This document shows positions 1 through 13,000 of a stretch of DNA of 64,000 nt, piece after piece (within the stretch, counting starts at the first letter, position 1; each line of letters starts with the position of its first letter). Location of the stretch: the NCBI GenBank assembly GCA_013239625.1, contig MU053652.1:1366001-1430000 (forward strand), in the 5' to 3' direction. This stretch comes from Lama guanicoe. Its lineage: Eukaryota. Made by a program: the position numbers and the translations under genes. The notes under the pieces were generated by a model. That model ran no database searches. It saw nothing but the letters and a program-made list of their open reading frames with translations, and was not told the DNA's origin.

Positions 1-248
1 AGCTGGGGGGTAATAGCTATCTTGAGACCGTGAGGACAAAAGCCAAATGGTAAGGGTGGCTGAGAAAGGAATATGGAAAAGGCCTAGTTATTTGATGATG
101 CCCTTGGTACCTCCATGAGCCCTGGGTTTCCAACATCTGGACTTCTTATTATGTGAAAAAACTCCTTCCCTCACTCATTTAACTATGGTTTATAGCTTAA
201 ACTATTATTGTACTGTTATTGCAGTTGAACACAAGCCTGAGCAATATC
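1..248 (+). mobile_element. MLT1 (ERVL-MaLR, J/K-like) LTR 3' part, cut by the window edge
   Basis: acatctggacttcttattatgtga and terminal gttattgcagttgaacacaagcctgagcaata resemble old MLT1 3' ends. Confidence 0.5.
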
Positions 249-602
249 CATTCTTTCTTACCTTCTTACCTGGCGTAGCAGACTGAAGTGTTTGTCCATT
301 TGTGGGAGACACATTATAAATGCAGTACTGCACCCACTGCGTGTCATATTCCATTTACTTTAGACTTGTCTCTGTCCCATTCTGTTCAAATAAGAGCAAA
401 AGTTTGGAATGCAGTTTAGAATTAATATCACTCTAACGTTTCAGTAAGTTTTGTGTTTCACATAAACTGAGTGCTTTAATAAGTGGAACAGGATGCCTGC
501 TTTGGGGGAACTTATGGGCTAGAGACAACATGTAAACGTGTATTGCTGGTACATGGCAAATGCTTTGATAAAAGACTGGTACTAGAAGAACACAGAAAGG
601 GC

Positions 603-1069
603 GTGAATCAGTTAGATGGTACTATATAAGAAATCACGCCAAACTTAGTGGCTTAAAACAACCACTGTTTATTTACCTCATGGTTCTGCAGGCAGGTCAC
701 CGATTTGGGCTGCTCTCAGCTGGGCAGTTCTTCTGGTCTTGGCTGGGCTCACTCATGCTGAGGTGGCTGAGGTTTGGCTGGTATTGGATGGCCTCAGCTG
801 GGAAGACTTGTAGACTCCTCCATCAAGCTGGCTTGGGCTTACTGACGTGGCACCTGGGCAGGACTCCAAGAGAGTCCTGGGTTTGGAACTGACGCTGCAT
901 CTCTTCTGTTACATTCTGTTGGCCAGAGCAGGTCACAGCACAGCTCAGATTGAAGGGGTGGGGAAATAGACTCCACCCTTCCATGGTGAGAGAAGCTGCA
1001 AGGTGTCACCAAAGGACGTGAATGTAAGAAAGGAGTAAAGAGTTGTGCCCATTTTTGCAATCTACCACA
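603..1069 (-). mobile_element. MLT1 (F/G/H-like) solo LTR
   Basis: aaacttagtggcttaaaacaac, gggctgctctcagctgggcagttcttctg and terminal tgcaatctaccaca are typical of antisense MLT1. Confidence 0.75.
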
Positions 1070-1607
1070 GGGCTCTGAGGAAACCTGGGAGAAGTCAGCA
1101 ATAGTTTTCTTAGAAGATTTTATCTCAAAATTTTAAAATTCAAGATAATAGCATACTCTTTTTTATTAGCACTTAATAAAAAGTGATACCATCAGTCATC
1201 ATCAGTTCTAGAATCACTTTCCAGTGTCGTCAATTTTTACTCCCTTCTTATCTTTTGAGCATTAGTTTAAAAAATAACCCGTAAGATAATGTTGCTCTGA
1301 GATGGGAAAAGTTGCATCTCAAAAAGTGCAGGATTTGAAATAGTGTTTGGATTTCATATAGGGAAATCCCTAATTTAAGGGGATTTTGGTCTGTCATGTT
1401 GACCCATATTTGAGGGGTTCCACTAGGAAATCAGTTTGGGAATCATCATGATTCCTCATTTTAGAGATTTTACAGTTCATAGTAAGAATTAAAGCCCTGA
1501 AATGCCCTGGCTTTAAAGTACTTTGCTATTTAATTTAGTTAATTGGATTTCATTGGAAAAGGTCAAAAGTTACTGGTTTGATTTTTATGTGGGGTAGTTA
1601 GTGTCAC

Positions 1608-1775
1608 TGTATATATGCATATATATGTGTGTGTATATATGTGCATATACACATATATACACACATAGTATACATACACACATATACGTGTGTGTGTGTA
1701 CACACATGTATAATTGCTTTGTGTATGGCCATATTTATGTACATATGTATGTAAATATATATCTTTATAAATATG
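1608..1775. repeat. Compound (TA/TG/CA)n microsatellite
   Basis: Imperfect alternating purine-pyrimidine tract seen directly. Confidence 0.9.
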
Positions 1776-2343
1776 TATCCGCCTTTGGAAGTAGGAATGT
1801 GGATGTTACTTATTTGAAGCACAGACCACATAGGTCTTAAGATTTGGTTATTTGAAGATGGTCAGACAAAAATACAATTGATGTAAGCATGTACTACTAC
1901 AAATGGTAAAGTTGTTTAACCAAATAACAACAAACTTAGTTATAAGGATGACATTAAAGTAACAGTAATTTACAATTGGTAAACAAAAATAGTGGTGTAT
2001 ACAACCTATGACCATCTCAAAACAACACAGAAAACAAAAGTGATGCTTCTGAAAATTATGATACTTCCACTGCCCGTGAATACCAGGTCAGAGGAGAAAC
2101 ACTGCAGTGTCATTGGTAGGTGATGTGTGAAACCAGAGCTCTTGGGCAGTTTGGGGTCCACCAACAACTTGTGGACGGTACTAATAGAATGCCTTAATTT
2201 GGAACACCTTTGTACAAATTATAGCTATATTCAGTTGTGGAAAGTAGTTTTGCCGTAATTCTTCAAAAACACTGATTTATTTTTCACTTTGAAGGGCAAG
2301 CTAAATAGTGTATTTTTAGTATCTTTTTGTTGTTCTAGAAACC

Positions 2344-2505
2344 CAGTAGTGTCCAAACTTAGTGTGTGTCCAGAATCACTGAGATTCTTGCAAAGACTCA
2401 CAGCTTCTGGGTCCCACCCCTAGAGGTTCAGGGTGTGGCCCAGGAGTCTGCAGTTTAACACGCTCTGGTGGCTCCATAGTGGGTGATCCCCACTCCTTTA
2501 CTCGA
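2344..2505. mobile_element. MER5A-like hAT-Charlie MITE
   Basis: cagtagtgtccaaactt...cagaatcact...gggtcccacccctaga...gtgtggcccaggagtctgcagtttaaca. Confidence 0.7.
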
Positions 2506-3009
2506 GGGCTGACAAAGTAGAAGGGCAGGAGTTGGGGCGACGTCCTGAAAACCCCCAAAGCTTCATCTGAAACCACTCACTGCTTCTCCTTTTTTCAAGT
2601 CCTTGCAGTAACCCGTCTGCCTCATCCTCCCGAGAGCAGTCAGTCACCTCTTCACAGTGATGAAGGTCGGCCTGTGGTAGCAGGAGGGAGGTGTGCAGGA
2701 GTCCGGGCACTCCCAATTTTTGATAGCGAATGGGGAGGAGAGTTCACTTTGCCTGACTTAGGTCTGTCCCTCCACAACTCCTTGTCTACCTCCTGTTCTA
2801 TGTTTCATTGTCAGACTGTAGGGAATTTATACTTTCCTAAGAATAGCTACCCACTCTTTGAAGATTTTTGTTTTTGAAGGCTTTTCTGTGAGGCTACAGT
2901 TTTCCTTATTGAGGAAGAGAGTAAATGAAGATTGACATTATGTCAGTATGCTCTAGATAGGCAGTAACATCATTTAAGAACTAATACACATTAGAACACT
3001 ACAGAAATC

Positions 3010-3710
3010 TTTGCTGCAGACAAGTCTCACAGTGGATGGAAAAAAGAAAAAAACTGACAGCAGAACTTTAAGGAGAAACAGGGTATTTGCATGATCTCAA
3101 AAGTATCTCCTGCAAGATATTAATAACATCAGGAAAAATAGTAGCTTTGCTATGGAGAAACCCTGTAGGCAACCACCTTAATCAAGTGGTCAAGATCCAC
3201 AGCACCAGTAAAAAGATCTGTCAGTGTAGGGGTGTAGCCCCTGATATGATGCGTGGAGAAGGCACGTCACTTCTGTGGTGTCCTTCTCTATAATGCGTGA
3301 TAATGTCAGTCTAATCACAAGGAAACATCAGACAGGCCCAAATTGCATACCTTTCTACAGAACATCTGACCAGTGTTCTTCAGGAGTGTCGAGGTCATAA
3401 AAGTGAGGCAAGACTGAGGAACTGTCAGAGATGAGAGGAGACTGAGGAGCTGGGCCAGCTAAATGCAACATGAGATCTGAGATTAGGTCCTGGAATAGGA
3501 AAAGAACGAAAACTGGAGAAACACAAATAAAATCTATAATCCAGTTGCTGCTAGTTGCTAGTATTATAGCATTGTTAACTTACTAGTTTTGGTAATTGTA
3601 CTATGATTATATAGGGTGTTGATGTGAGGGGAAGCTGAGTGAAGTATACAAAGGAACCTTCCATTTTTGTCCCCTTTCTGTAAGTCTAAAATGATTACAT
3701 AATAAAAAGT
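3010..3710 (+). mobile_element. Old L1 (L1MC-like) 3' UTR
   Basis: caccttaatcaagtggtcaag, cctgatatgatgc, ggagactgaggag...ctaaatgcaacatg, and terminal ctgtaagtctaaaatgattacataataaaaagt. Confidence 0.75.
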
Positions 3711-4019
3711 CGGTGGGGGGATGGTGGTACGTTTGTTTAGTAATGTGTAACTTAGCATTCAAGAATGTATCTCCCTCAGCCAGCCTCTTCACCCGTGTTT
3801 CCCCCTTACATACTTTCAGGTTCCAGCCACACTGAATCATTTGTTGTTGATTAGCTCCTTTTGGGGAGCGAGGAAGGGTGATACAATTTTTGTATGTACT
3901 ATAAAATATTTACAACCAGTGTAACAATGGGCTGTGTACTCACACCTCATTTTATAAAATATGACAATGCAGTGCAGCCCCACCCCCCCCTTACCTTCCT
4001 TTATGGCATTCAGCCCCCA

Positions 4020-4290
4020 TCCCCTTTGACCACCCATACAGAACTGCCACCACTTACAGATAATCAATAGAATTTGCTGTTTACTGACCCTGTTTTGTTA
4101 TTTTGCATTGTTCAAAACTAACATAAGTTGCCTTCTTCGGTGTCATATCTGTAGCTTGCTTTTTTTTAACCCCGCGTGTATGTCTAATTCATTCCTTTTT
4201 GTCACTGTGTAGATTTCCACTTTATGAATAGCCAGTATGTATTTATCTTTTCTCCTGCTGGCACACATATTGGGAATGTTTTGCTTTTTT
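4020..4290 (-). mobile_element. Old L1 (L1ME-like) fragment
   Basis: aattcattcctttttgtcactgtgtagatttccactttatgaatagccagtatgtatttatc resembles an antisense L1 3' region. Confidence 0.45.
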
Positions 4291-6882
4291 ATTTTTTAAT
4301 TTGTTTTGCTTTTTAATGGTTGTTCGTTTTTAAAAGTATCTTCTGAGACCAAAAGAGATCTCTACTCCTTCTGAATTCCAGAAACATTATCCACCACTTT
4401 TAGTTTAGCATTTGTGACCTTCCATCATAATTATTTTCTTGTTCTCCTGCATCAGATGGAAAGCTTCTTGAGGATCGGATTCCCCAAGATAGACATTGTT
4501 GGGTAATAAGGATTTAATTTTGTTGAATGAGTAAATACTTGGATGAATTAAACACTGCCTACATACAGATGTTGGGTATTTTATTTCCTTAGTTGTTTTA
4601 TGGTGTTGCCTCTTGGGGACTTTGTTAGAAAGGTTTATGCATTGTCAGAAACTGGTCACTGCACTAGAAATATGGGGCATAAATAAAGCCTAAAACTTAA
4701 AAAAAATTATATACTAGATTTGCAGGCAGTGCAGGTACAGGGCTTTTGTGTGTGTGTGTTTAACATCGAAGGAGAAAGTGCAAAATCAGGGATAATTTGA
4801 TCTGCATTTGGCATTACAAAACGGAAGGGAGCTCACTAATTTATATTATGGCAGAACTCTTGCTTTTGTGCATCATTCTTATTCAAAAGTTAATACTCAA
4901 TCTTGATAATTTTGGATTTGTACCCAGAATGGAATTGCCCAAATTAGTTCTTTTCCTCCAAAATCATTTTATTTGGATGTTAATCTTACTCTACAGAAAC
5001 ACTGAACAGGTTTCACAGCTCTCTTGCCCATCTTACTTGATTTCCGCAACAGCTTTGGCAGAGGTAAGCAGGGCTAGTGTCATCCATATTTTACAGACTA
5101 GGAACACGGGAACGGAATCTGGGGGAGGTTGGAGGACTTGCTCAGGGTCACAGAACAGAACCAGAAAACAGATCTTTCAGTCTCGTCCTGGCTCTGTCCA
5201 GACATTACAGTTTCAGTGCTTAAAATAAGCAAAAATATTACTCAAGACATTATTGTTTTGCCAGCATTTTAATAGATGATGCAGTGACATAATGCCCACT
5301 TGACAGCTCATCGTAGTAATGTGGGGAGTTTCTCATCAGTGTTAGTGGTACATTAGTAACTGCCTTTTTTGCTGCCCTCTTTGTTAGAAGAGTTCAAAGA
5401 AAAGCTGAAACCAAACTTTGGGAAAGAGCATGTTGTGACTGGTGTGTATTTTAAAGGAAAGAAAAACCTGGTAAGTGGAATTGATAGGAGAGAGTGGCAC
5501 AACCTAAAGTTAAAATATCTGAGAAGACAGATGGCTTTTGGATAGCTTGAGACCTACAGATGAATGAAAACCTCTTGGCATATAGATTGGTGCAGTTGAT
5601 CACTCACGTTGTGATTTTAAAAAATGTAGAAGCAGTACACTTAGAATATTGTCTTCATGTCAGAAATGCACCTTTGTGCTTGAAAATGATAAAAAATTAC
5701 AATCGATCCTTACAACTGTTCTGTTCATCTTTATTGATCAGGTGCAAGAAAGATAAATCGCAGCCCAAATAAGATTATAGTAAATGTTAGCGTCGTAGGG
5801 GACTCTAGGTTGATAGAGAGCCATTCATCATCTCAAATGGTGACCTGTCCGTTGCTCCAGCCATCCCAAGCCTGCTGTCTAATCACATACCTATTGATTT
5901 TATCCACATCCCACAAACCTGGATGTGACTGTCATTGGGCAACCCAGATTGTTAAATGCAACGGGGTCACTGGTGTGAAGAGGATTTCATTTTCATTTTC
6001 TCACCAACCAACAATGATCTATTAAAAAATAAACTGTCCCAATTCATGCATGGGGAACCTGAGTGATTAGAGAATGAAGAGGCACAATAGACCACCGTAT
6101 TGTGTTGTGTTCTTTTGAACTGCGATGCATTTTACAGGATATTCTATGGGGTCTGAAGGATCATGGAGTCCTTTAGGCCACCCCCTGCAGTAAGACAGTT
6201 TGCACAGTAGCTAGCCAGAATGAATCAGTTTTAATTTTGCTACCCTGGGAAAGGCATAACTTTGCTCTTGCAATTTGATTTATGTTGCTTGTGTGTTTAT
6301 TTGTGTAATAGTGAAAACTTTTTTTTTAATATAAAAATTACCTAAATCTGCCCCTTGTTTTTACTGATTAATTTGTTGCAAATGTTGATGCTCTTGTGGT
6401 CATCTGGAGATGATAGAACACATTCTACTCCATAAAGAATCCATCTTGAGTTCAGAAATAATACTATGTAAAAAGAAATGATCCTTTAATATCCTAGGTG
6501 CGACACTGGGATAAAAAGTAAATATGTGTGAATTTCATTATTGAGTCTCAAGCATCTTCTGATCTTGCAGTGATAGATTCCAAATAAGGGAGATCTTACA
6601 AGACTCTGCTAGGAATTTTCTCAGAAGGATCAAATAATGATGAATTATGATTATGAATGTTTATTTTGTAGTTACAACCTATATACCAACAACTGTACTG
6701 TTACTTCAGTGGGTACCTTAACATATATTTTTGTAAGTAGCCCTGCCACTTAATGCAGAAAGTCTTTCTCCTACTGCTTCAGTGGCTGAAACAAGATTTT
6801 ATGTAATTTTTGAAATTGCAAGTCTTGCACACATTTTGTCCTCTTGGATAGTGAAAACCCTGCTGTCAATCTTTATCCACAG

Positions 6883-6953
6883 AGCTCAGAGTTCTACAAA
6901 GTCACCACTGAGCAATACCAGAAAGCTGCTGAGGAGGTGGAAGCAAAGTTCAA
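6883..6953 (+). CDS. CHCHD3: CHCHD3/MIC19 internal coding exon (third from last, 71 bp)
   Basis: Acceptor ctttatccacag|, donor AA|gtaagt. Translates SSEFYKVTTEQYQKAAEEVEAKF(K), matching recalled MIC19 sequence. The phase-2 end joins the G starting the next exon to make AAG. Confidence 0.95.
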
Positions 6954-6974
6954 GTAAGTTTTTAATAATATTTT

Positions 6975-7189
6975 TTTTGTAGTTTTAATATATTTTTATT
7001 GAAGTACAATCAGGTTACAATGTTGTGTCAGTTTTGGTGTACAGCACAATACTTCAGTCACATAGGAACATACATACATTTGTTCTCATATTCTTCACCA
7101 TAGGTTATAAGATATTGAATATGGTTCCCTGTGCTATACACTATAAACTTGTTGCTTATCTATTTTATATGTATTCGTTAATATCTGCA
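6975..7189 (-). mobile_element. 5'-truncated lineage-specific L1 3' end
   Basis: T-rich tail then tttattgaagtaca...ttacaatgttgtgtcagtt...gttccctgtgctataca. Homologous to copies at 17113, 33722 and 36420. Candidate TSD 6961-6974/7190-7203. Confidence 0.8.
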
Positions 7190-8389
7190 TTTAACAGTAT
7201 TTTCATTATTTAATCTTCTTGACAAGATGAAAGTACATCTTTATTGCTCTTTGAACAGAATACAGTTTGATATTTTAGCCCTCTGGAGTACTTAGAAGTG
7301 TGTTTGGGTGGTTGAGATAGCTCCATGGTGCTTAGTGGAATTCAAATACAAGGAATAGACATTTGATGAAAGCATGTTGCAACTCAATTTTATGAACTCA
7401 AGAAATTGAAAGCAATGGTAGTAGAATTGTTTTTGAATATTATATAAGTTAGGATGCCTTTGATTATAAGGTGTTGTTAAATTGCTACCTCTATTAATAG
7501 GAACTCAGAAACCCTTCACTTTTGTGTGATAAAATGATGGGCATGTCCAAATTTGAGTATCTGCCTTTCTCAGGTTTAAGCTGTTTTCACTTCTTCATGT
7601 GTAGCATTTAAATCACAGACTTTACCTTGCCCTTGATTTTGAAGGTGATGCTAAATTGCTACCTGTACTAATCCTTGGAATGTTTAAATGAATGTTCTGT
7701 AATTGACAGATCAAAGTGTCTGTAACCCCTAGCCCTGTACTTTCCCTTTGCTGCCAGTGCTCACATTAGGTTATAAGACATCATTCAGAATTTTCCTGGG
7801 TGTTTAAATAGTTCTGTTGTGTAACCTGGTAGTCACACATGTGAAAATTAGTGAAGCAAAACAAGATGTTGTGACAGGTTTAGTTGAAAGATTACATTGG
7901 GTTCTGACCTCGTTCCTTTGCACATGTTTATAAGCATTTGATAAAATGATTAAACCCTAAGGTGGAATGTTATTTCTTTCTGCTGTAGTGCAATTTATGT
8001 GGTAACGGATATTAATGTTGTGTTAGTTTTGATTTTAAAAAAGATATTTTTTAAAAGATGATTTGAGATATATTTAAATAGACAGAAACCTCCCATCTTC
8101 CTTAGTGCATTATCTCTTTGGGGGCAGCAGGGAAAGACCTTCTAAGAATTGGCCATAAATCTCACTGTTAAAGGTTAATGTGCTATTTTCAGAATTAGAT
8201 ATGGAACTGGATTCACTTGATTTTAAAAGGCACTCTACATATGTATGTTTTAAATTATGTTGTTATCTTTCTTCCCCCTAATCATAAAGCAATATTTTTT
8301 AAACTGTTTGTCTCTGTACTGTGAGAACCTTTGACTTGGCACTTGGATATTGCTGCCTTGTAAGATGATAGCTATACAAATACTAAAAT

Positions 8390-8880
8390 TTTAGATAAAC
8401 CAAAGGAGATCAGTTCTGACTGGAATGGTCTGTGATCTGTGAAGTCATCATAAAGAAGATATTTTAGTTGAGGCTTGAAGTAGGGTATTGAGTAGGTGAG
8501 AAGAAAAGGTATTCAAATGGAAAATTATGCTCAGTGATTGGTGGATGACATAGTAGTTAACATCAGTGGTTTACTCAGAGAAACTAGTGTGAAATATAGC
8601 TGGAAAGGTCAGTAGGGTTTTTGATTAGCTGCTGGGCTAAGAAGTTGGTCTTCATTGAGCCTGAAGTCATTGGAAGGTGTTTGACCAGGTGAGTACCCTG
8701 ATTTCCATGCTCCTTTAGGAATACTAATCCGACCGTGGATGTGAGGTTTGATTGGCGATGTGAGGGGAAAAAAAGAGACGGAAGTACTGGAGGAGAGGTC
8801 TCTATTAGTGAAGGAGAAAAGGTGGTGTCTGGGATGCAAAAAGTCATTGAAAGATTAGATGTGAATCAGTGATGAACTGG
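8390..8880 (-). mobile_element. L2 fragment, interrupted by the MLT1A LTR and continuing after 9229
   Basis: Degenerate purine-rich sequence typical of antisense L2. Confidence 0.5.
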
Positions 8881-9228
8881 TGTACCAGTTTGCTAGGGCT
8901 GCCACAGACTGAGTGGCTTAATCAGCAGAAATTTATTTCCTCACAATTCTGGAGGCTGGAAGTTTGAGATCAGGGTGTCAGCAGGGTTGGTTTCCTCAGG
9001 GGCCTTACTCCTTGGCTTACAGATGGCTGTCTTTACATGGTCTTCACCCTGTGTCTGTGTCCTAATTGCCTCCTCTTAAAAGGTGCATTGGATTAGGGCC
9101 CACCTTAATGACTTCATTTTAACTAACTTATCTCTTTAAAAACCCTCTGTCCAAATTCACTCTCTGAAGTACCAGGCATTAGGACTTCAACACCTGAATT
9201 TTGGGAAGACACAGTTCAGTTCATAACA
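8881..9228 (-). mobile_element. MLT1A-like solo LTR
   Basis: Starts tgtaccagtttgctagggctgcc, contains cacaattctggaggctggaagtttgagatcagggtgtcagcaggg, ends cacagttcagttcataaca (TG...CA). Confidence 0.85.
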
Positions 9229-9567
9229 TTTGGATAGAAGGGGTAGAGGAGAACTAGTAGTCCAAGCTTAGCAGGTTGGAAAATTGGTGGAAGCTGGATT
9301 TCATGGAGAGAGAGAGAGGAGTCTGATTTTAGATGAAACAAGTATCTCTTCTGAAGCCCTGCTCAGCTGCCTTGTTTTCCCACCTGGGCTAGCCTGCTGC
9401 AGAGTGAGAGGCTACATGGAGCAAAGAATAAAAGTCACAGTGACTGACCTTCTCCAGGACGACGTGGACCTGTAGGTTAGACTTAGTTTTAAGCAGAGCC
9501 TCAGCACCATCACTCTCTTTGATCTTTAATAAGATATATTTCTTTATTAGATCCTACTCTCGTCTGG

Positions 9568-10050
9568 TGTGGTAAGCAATTTGACCTTTCCCAAAATGAG
9601 CTCTGGCCTTTGTACCCAGCTCCTGGGACTAACCTCTAAAGCACTGAAATTCCCAAGTGGAAGAAGTGTCTTCTTCGTATGGTGGGCCTCTTGAGCCGCT
9701 TGATATTAACCTGCTACCGAAGACTGGATTCAGCCACATAGGCAGTCAAGCAGGCAAGCCTGTGTAATGAGGCTCCAGTGGAACTCTGGACACTCAAGTT
9801 TGGGTGAGCGTCTCTGGTTGATAATACCCTGCATTTTGTCACACATTGATACCAGGAGGATTGTGCATCCTGAGGACAATGGAAACATTGCATTTGGAAC
9901 CCTCTCAGACTTTGTCCTGTGTCTGTCTTCCTTTGGCTGATTCTCTGTAGCATTTATCACAATAAGCAATAAAACTATGAGTTTAATAGCTTTAGTGAGT
10001 TCTGCGAGTCCCTTTACCAGATTATCAAAGCTTAGAGTTATAAAACCTCA
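9568..10050 (+). mobile_element. MER21-like LTR, internally deleted
   Basis: ctggcctttgtacccagctcctggg...ttgtcacacattgat...gaggacaatggaaac...gtgagttctgcgagtcc...attatcaaa. Confidence 0.7.
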
Positions 10051-13000
10051 GGTTTTATACACTGTGAAGGAATTTCAAGAGTTAGTTTTTCAGAGAGTAG
10101 CTTTGACTATATCATTTTTTTTTTCAGCTACTACCTGCTAGACTGAGCTTCCTAGAATATCATATTTTGATTTGTAGTGAGTTCATTGCCTTCGTACTGA
10201 GGAAGTGATAGTGTTTTGGCTCTAAGACATGCTTACCATCTTTGAAGGCATAGAGATTTCTCAGTGGAATTTTGTTTCTTAGAAATTTGGGCATCTCAGA
10301 TAATCATGACGCCTTCAGTCTTTTGCAAGGCAGTCTGCTTCATTCTTTCCATTGCCTGACAGAGCTAGACTCAGCAGTCCCTCTGAGACAGCAAGCTCTG
10401 AAGGACTTTGAGGGGAATTTAGTTAATTTTATCTGATGGAAGGATTCATTTGGGTGCATCTTGGTTACAGGAGATGGAAGCTTTTTATATTGCAATTTCA
10501 AGAGCAATATTATGCATGTGATAGGGGGTCACACAAAATCACTACAAAGAGAAAGAATGCTCCAGCATTTGAAGCCACACGTGATGAACTCCAATCACAC
10601 TGCTGCATCCTGCCAGGATACCTAATGGGATTATTTTAGGGATGCTTAAATATTAACTCACCCTTCAGTCCCTCAGTTTATAGTTTGGCAGTAAACCATT
10701 AAAACACTTTAGATTTAATGGAATTTCCCCCCCTATTTTATCAACCCATCATTCATTCATAGTGCTCCTCTGCAGCAAGCCCTCTGCTGAGTTCTGAATA
10801 TGCAGACATGAGGGAGACGGCGAGAGTCTTACCAGTGTGCAACTTAGAGTTTGTCAGAGGAGATCAAGAGGAAGACAGAATTTTAAAGTAGAACTTTTTA
10901 AAAATCCAAAGTTAATTCTACATGTTGAGATGATTACATCCCTAATAAATTTCAAGTTACTAAAAATTATTACCATTTTTCCAATGGAAATTAAGTAATT
11001 TGGGATCAAGAATTTGTGCTGTTTATGTTCCTGCAAGAACTTTTTCCCCACAACAGCTTTAAAATTTTAGCTATAAAATCCAGACCACTGGGTAAATCCA
11101 GTGATTTGTCTGTTAGATAGAGCAAGTTACGGTGCTAGTTTCTGGTTCATTATCTGGCGGTAGAACCATGTTATAGCCCAGCTTACTGAAAATTATGTTC
11201 TATATTAATCCTTATAGTCTACCTTATAGGTAATTAATTAAACAAAATGTTAAATGTTACGCAGATGGTGCTTTGCACAAATCTAGCACAAAGTAAATGC
11301 TCAATGAATGTTAGATTTTATTTTTAGTATATATTACTGTTATCATATTATTATTAGTTTGTTGTTAATGTCTAACTCAGGTTATTAAACTATACACCAT
11401 GGGAGAAATTTCTGTATCTAGTTCCAGACAAAATTTAGATGATGTTAAAACCTCCTGAAAGAACATTAGAGAGAGTTCTTACCGTTGGGGAGCTCACAGA
11501 CCAGCTGGAAGACAGCATATAAAGCTCTCCTGGCAGGACAGCCCAGATCAGGATGTGGCAAAGCTGTCAGGACACATGGACAGAGTGCCACAGGGGCTCT
11601 GGTTTTTGATCAGCATCAGAATTAAGTTGCGTTGAGTGGATTGGAGCCGATATACCACATCTACAGAAAGGAAATGTTACCACAGTGTTATGTATACACA
11701 AATTGTTTTTAAAATATAAAAATAAATGTCAAGCAAATGTAAAGCAAATATCAAAGAAATATAAAATATCATAAAGGCAACAATGTAAACCTTGTGAAGA
11801 CAATATAATATCAAACAAATGAAAAACATTTTAAAGGTGATTGCTGTTTCATTCTCATGTTTTCCTTTAGATAATGAAGTGGTCAATTTCTGCCCTCCAT
11901 AAAGGCAAAATATACGTAGGAAGTGACAAAGATCTTTTGAGAATATTTTTGGACTGCTTTCATTAGGGGTGGAACTTTTCAGCGTGGCTTCAGTTTCTTT
12001 GAAAGATGAAGCACTTGTAAAGGGGTATGAGTCTATGAAATCGGATGTGAATACTGGTAATGCTCCTTTGTGTGCCAGACTAAAGAAGGGGTTTTCACTT
12101 TTATCCTTGAACGAAGTTGTTGAAACCTGACTTATAAATTTAGGCTCATGGAAGAAGCCTGGGTTATCCTTATAACGTATTAAAAGATTAGTTACCCTGT
12201 GGAAGAAATGTAGCTGATTGTAGGGTGTCTGTGGAATGCTATGCAAGACTCAAGAGATAAAGTGGATTTTTTAAGTATTACTGTATAGTGAAAGGTTTTC
12301 TTCATTGTAAAACCCTTTCACTTTAAAATGTCCTTGGTTTTATTAGGGTTTCACTTTGACTGGCAATATACTGTTTAGTTTCTCTTCGGGGTGTGTGATT
12401 TTAACAGCTACACTACGGATGAGTTAGTAAAGCTGAGGATGACATGCCAGTGATACCAGCAGGTGTTTCCCGTGTTCTCTGTAATTACACATGTGGATCA
12501 TGGACAGTTTTAAGCAACAGTGTTTAAAGATCCTGCTTAATTGGCTGTAAAATAATTAAATAAGGTTTTGACTGGCAAATTTATAATTCTGTTAGATGCA
12601 TAAGCCATTGCGCTTGAATGTCAATGTGACTTCAATTTGGAAATGTTAGATTAATAGAACTAATTGTACTGCAGGTACAAAGTTTACTCTGATTAATAGT
12701 CTTAAAACTCTTCTAGAAGTTTAGTCAAGTAAATTTAAGTTACTCATCATTTAGCTTAAACTTTTAATTAAAACTTACTTCCAAAGTTTGCAGTGTTCGG
12801 TGTTGCTGTGTTTCTTTCCAGTTTTTTCAAAATTGAGCTCCTATCATTTTTCAGTGACTCCAGCTGCCTTACTGAGTGACTTGCCTTATCAAAAGGATGA
12901 AAATTATATACTGTCGAACATGTTTTTGTATCTGCAGCTGACAGTTACCCTGCACATCGTCTCTAACACTTATTAATGTCTGCTTGTAACCTACTTTAGT

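Noticed and set aside
1601..1840. ORFs on both strands
   Set aside because: Translations of a dinucleotide microsatellite.
4797..5228. 143-aa ORF
   Set aside because: TTG start, and the 3' part runs through MIR-like sequence (about 5020-5200).
11677..12246. Longest ORF in the track (189 aa, minus strand)
   Set aside because: No recognisable domain, a low-complexity F/I/Y tail from AT-rich DNA, antisense within an intron, and no exon structure.
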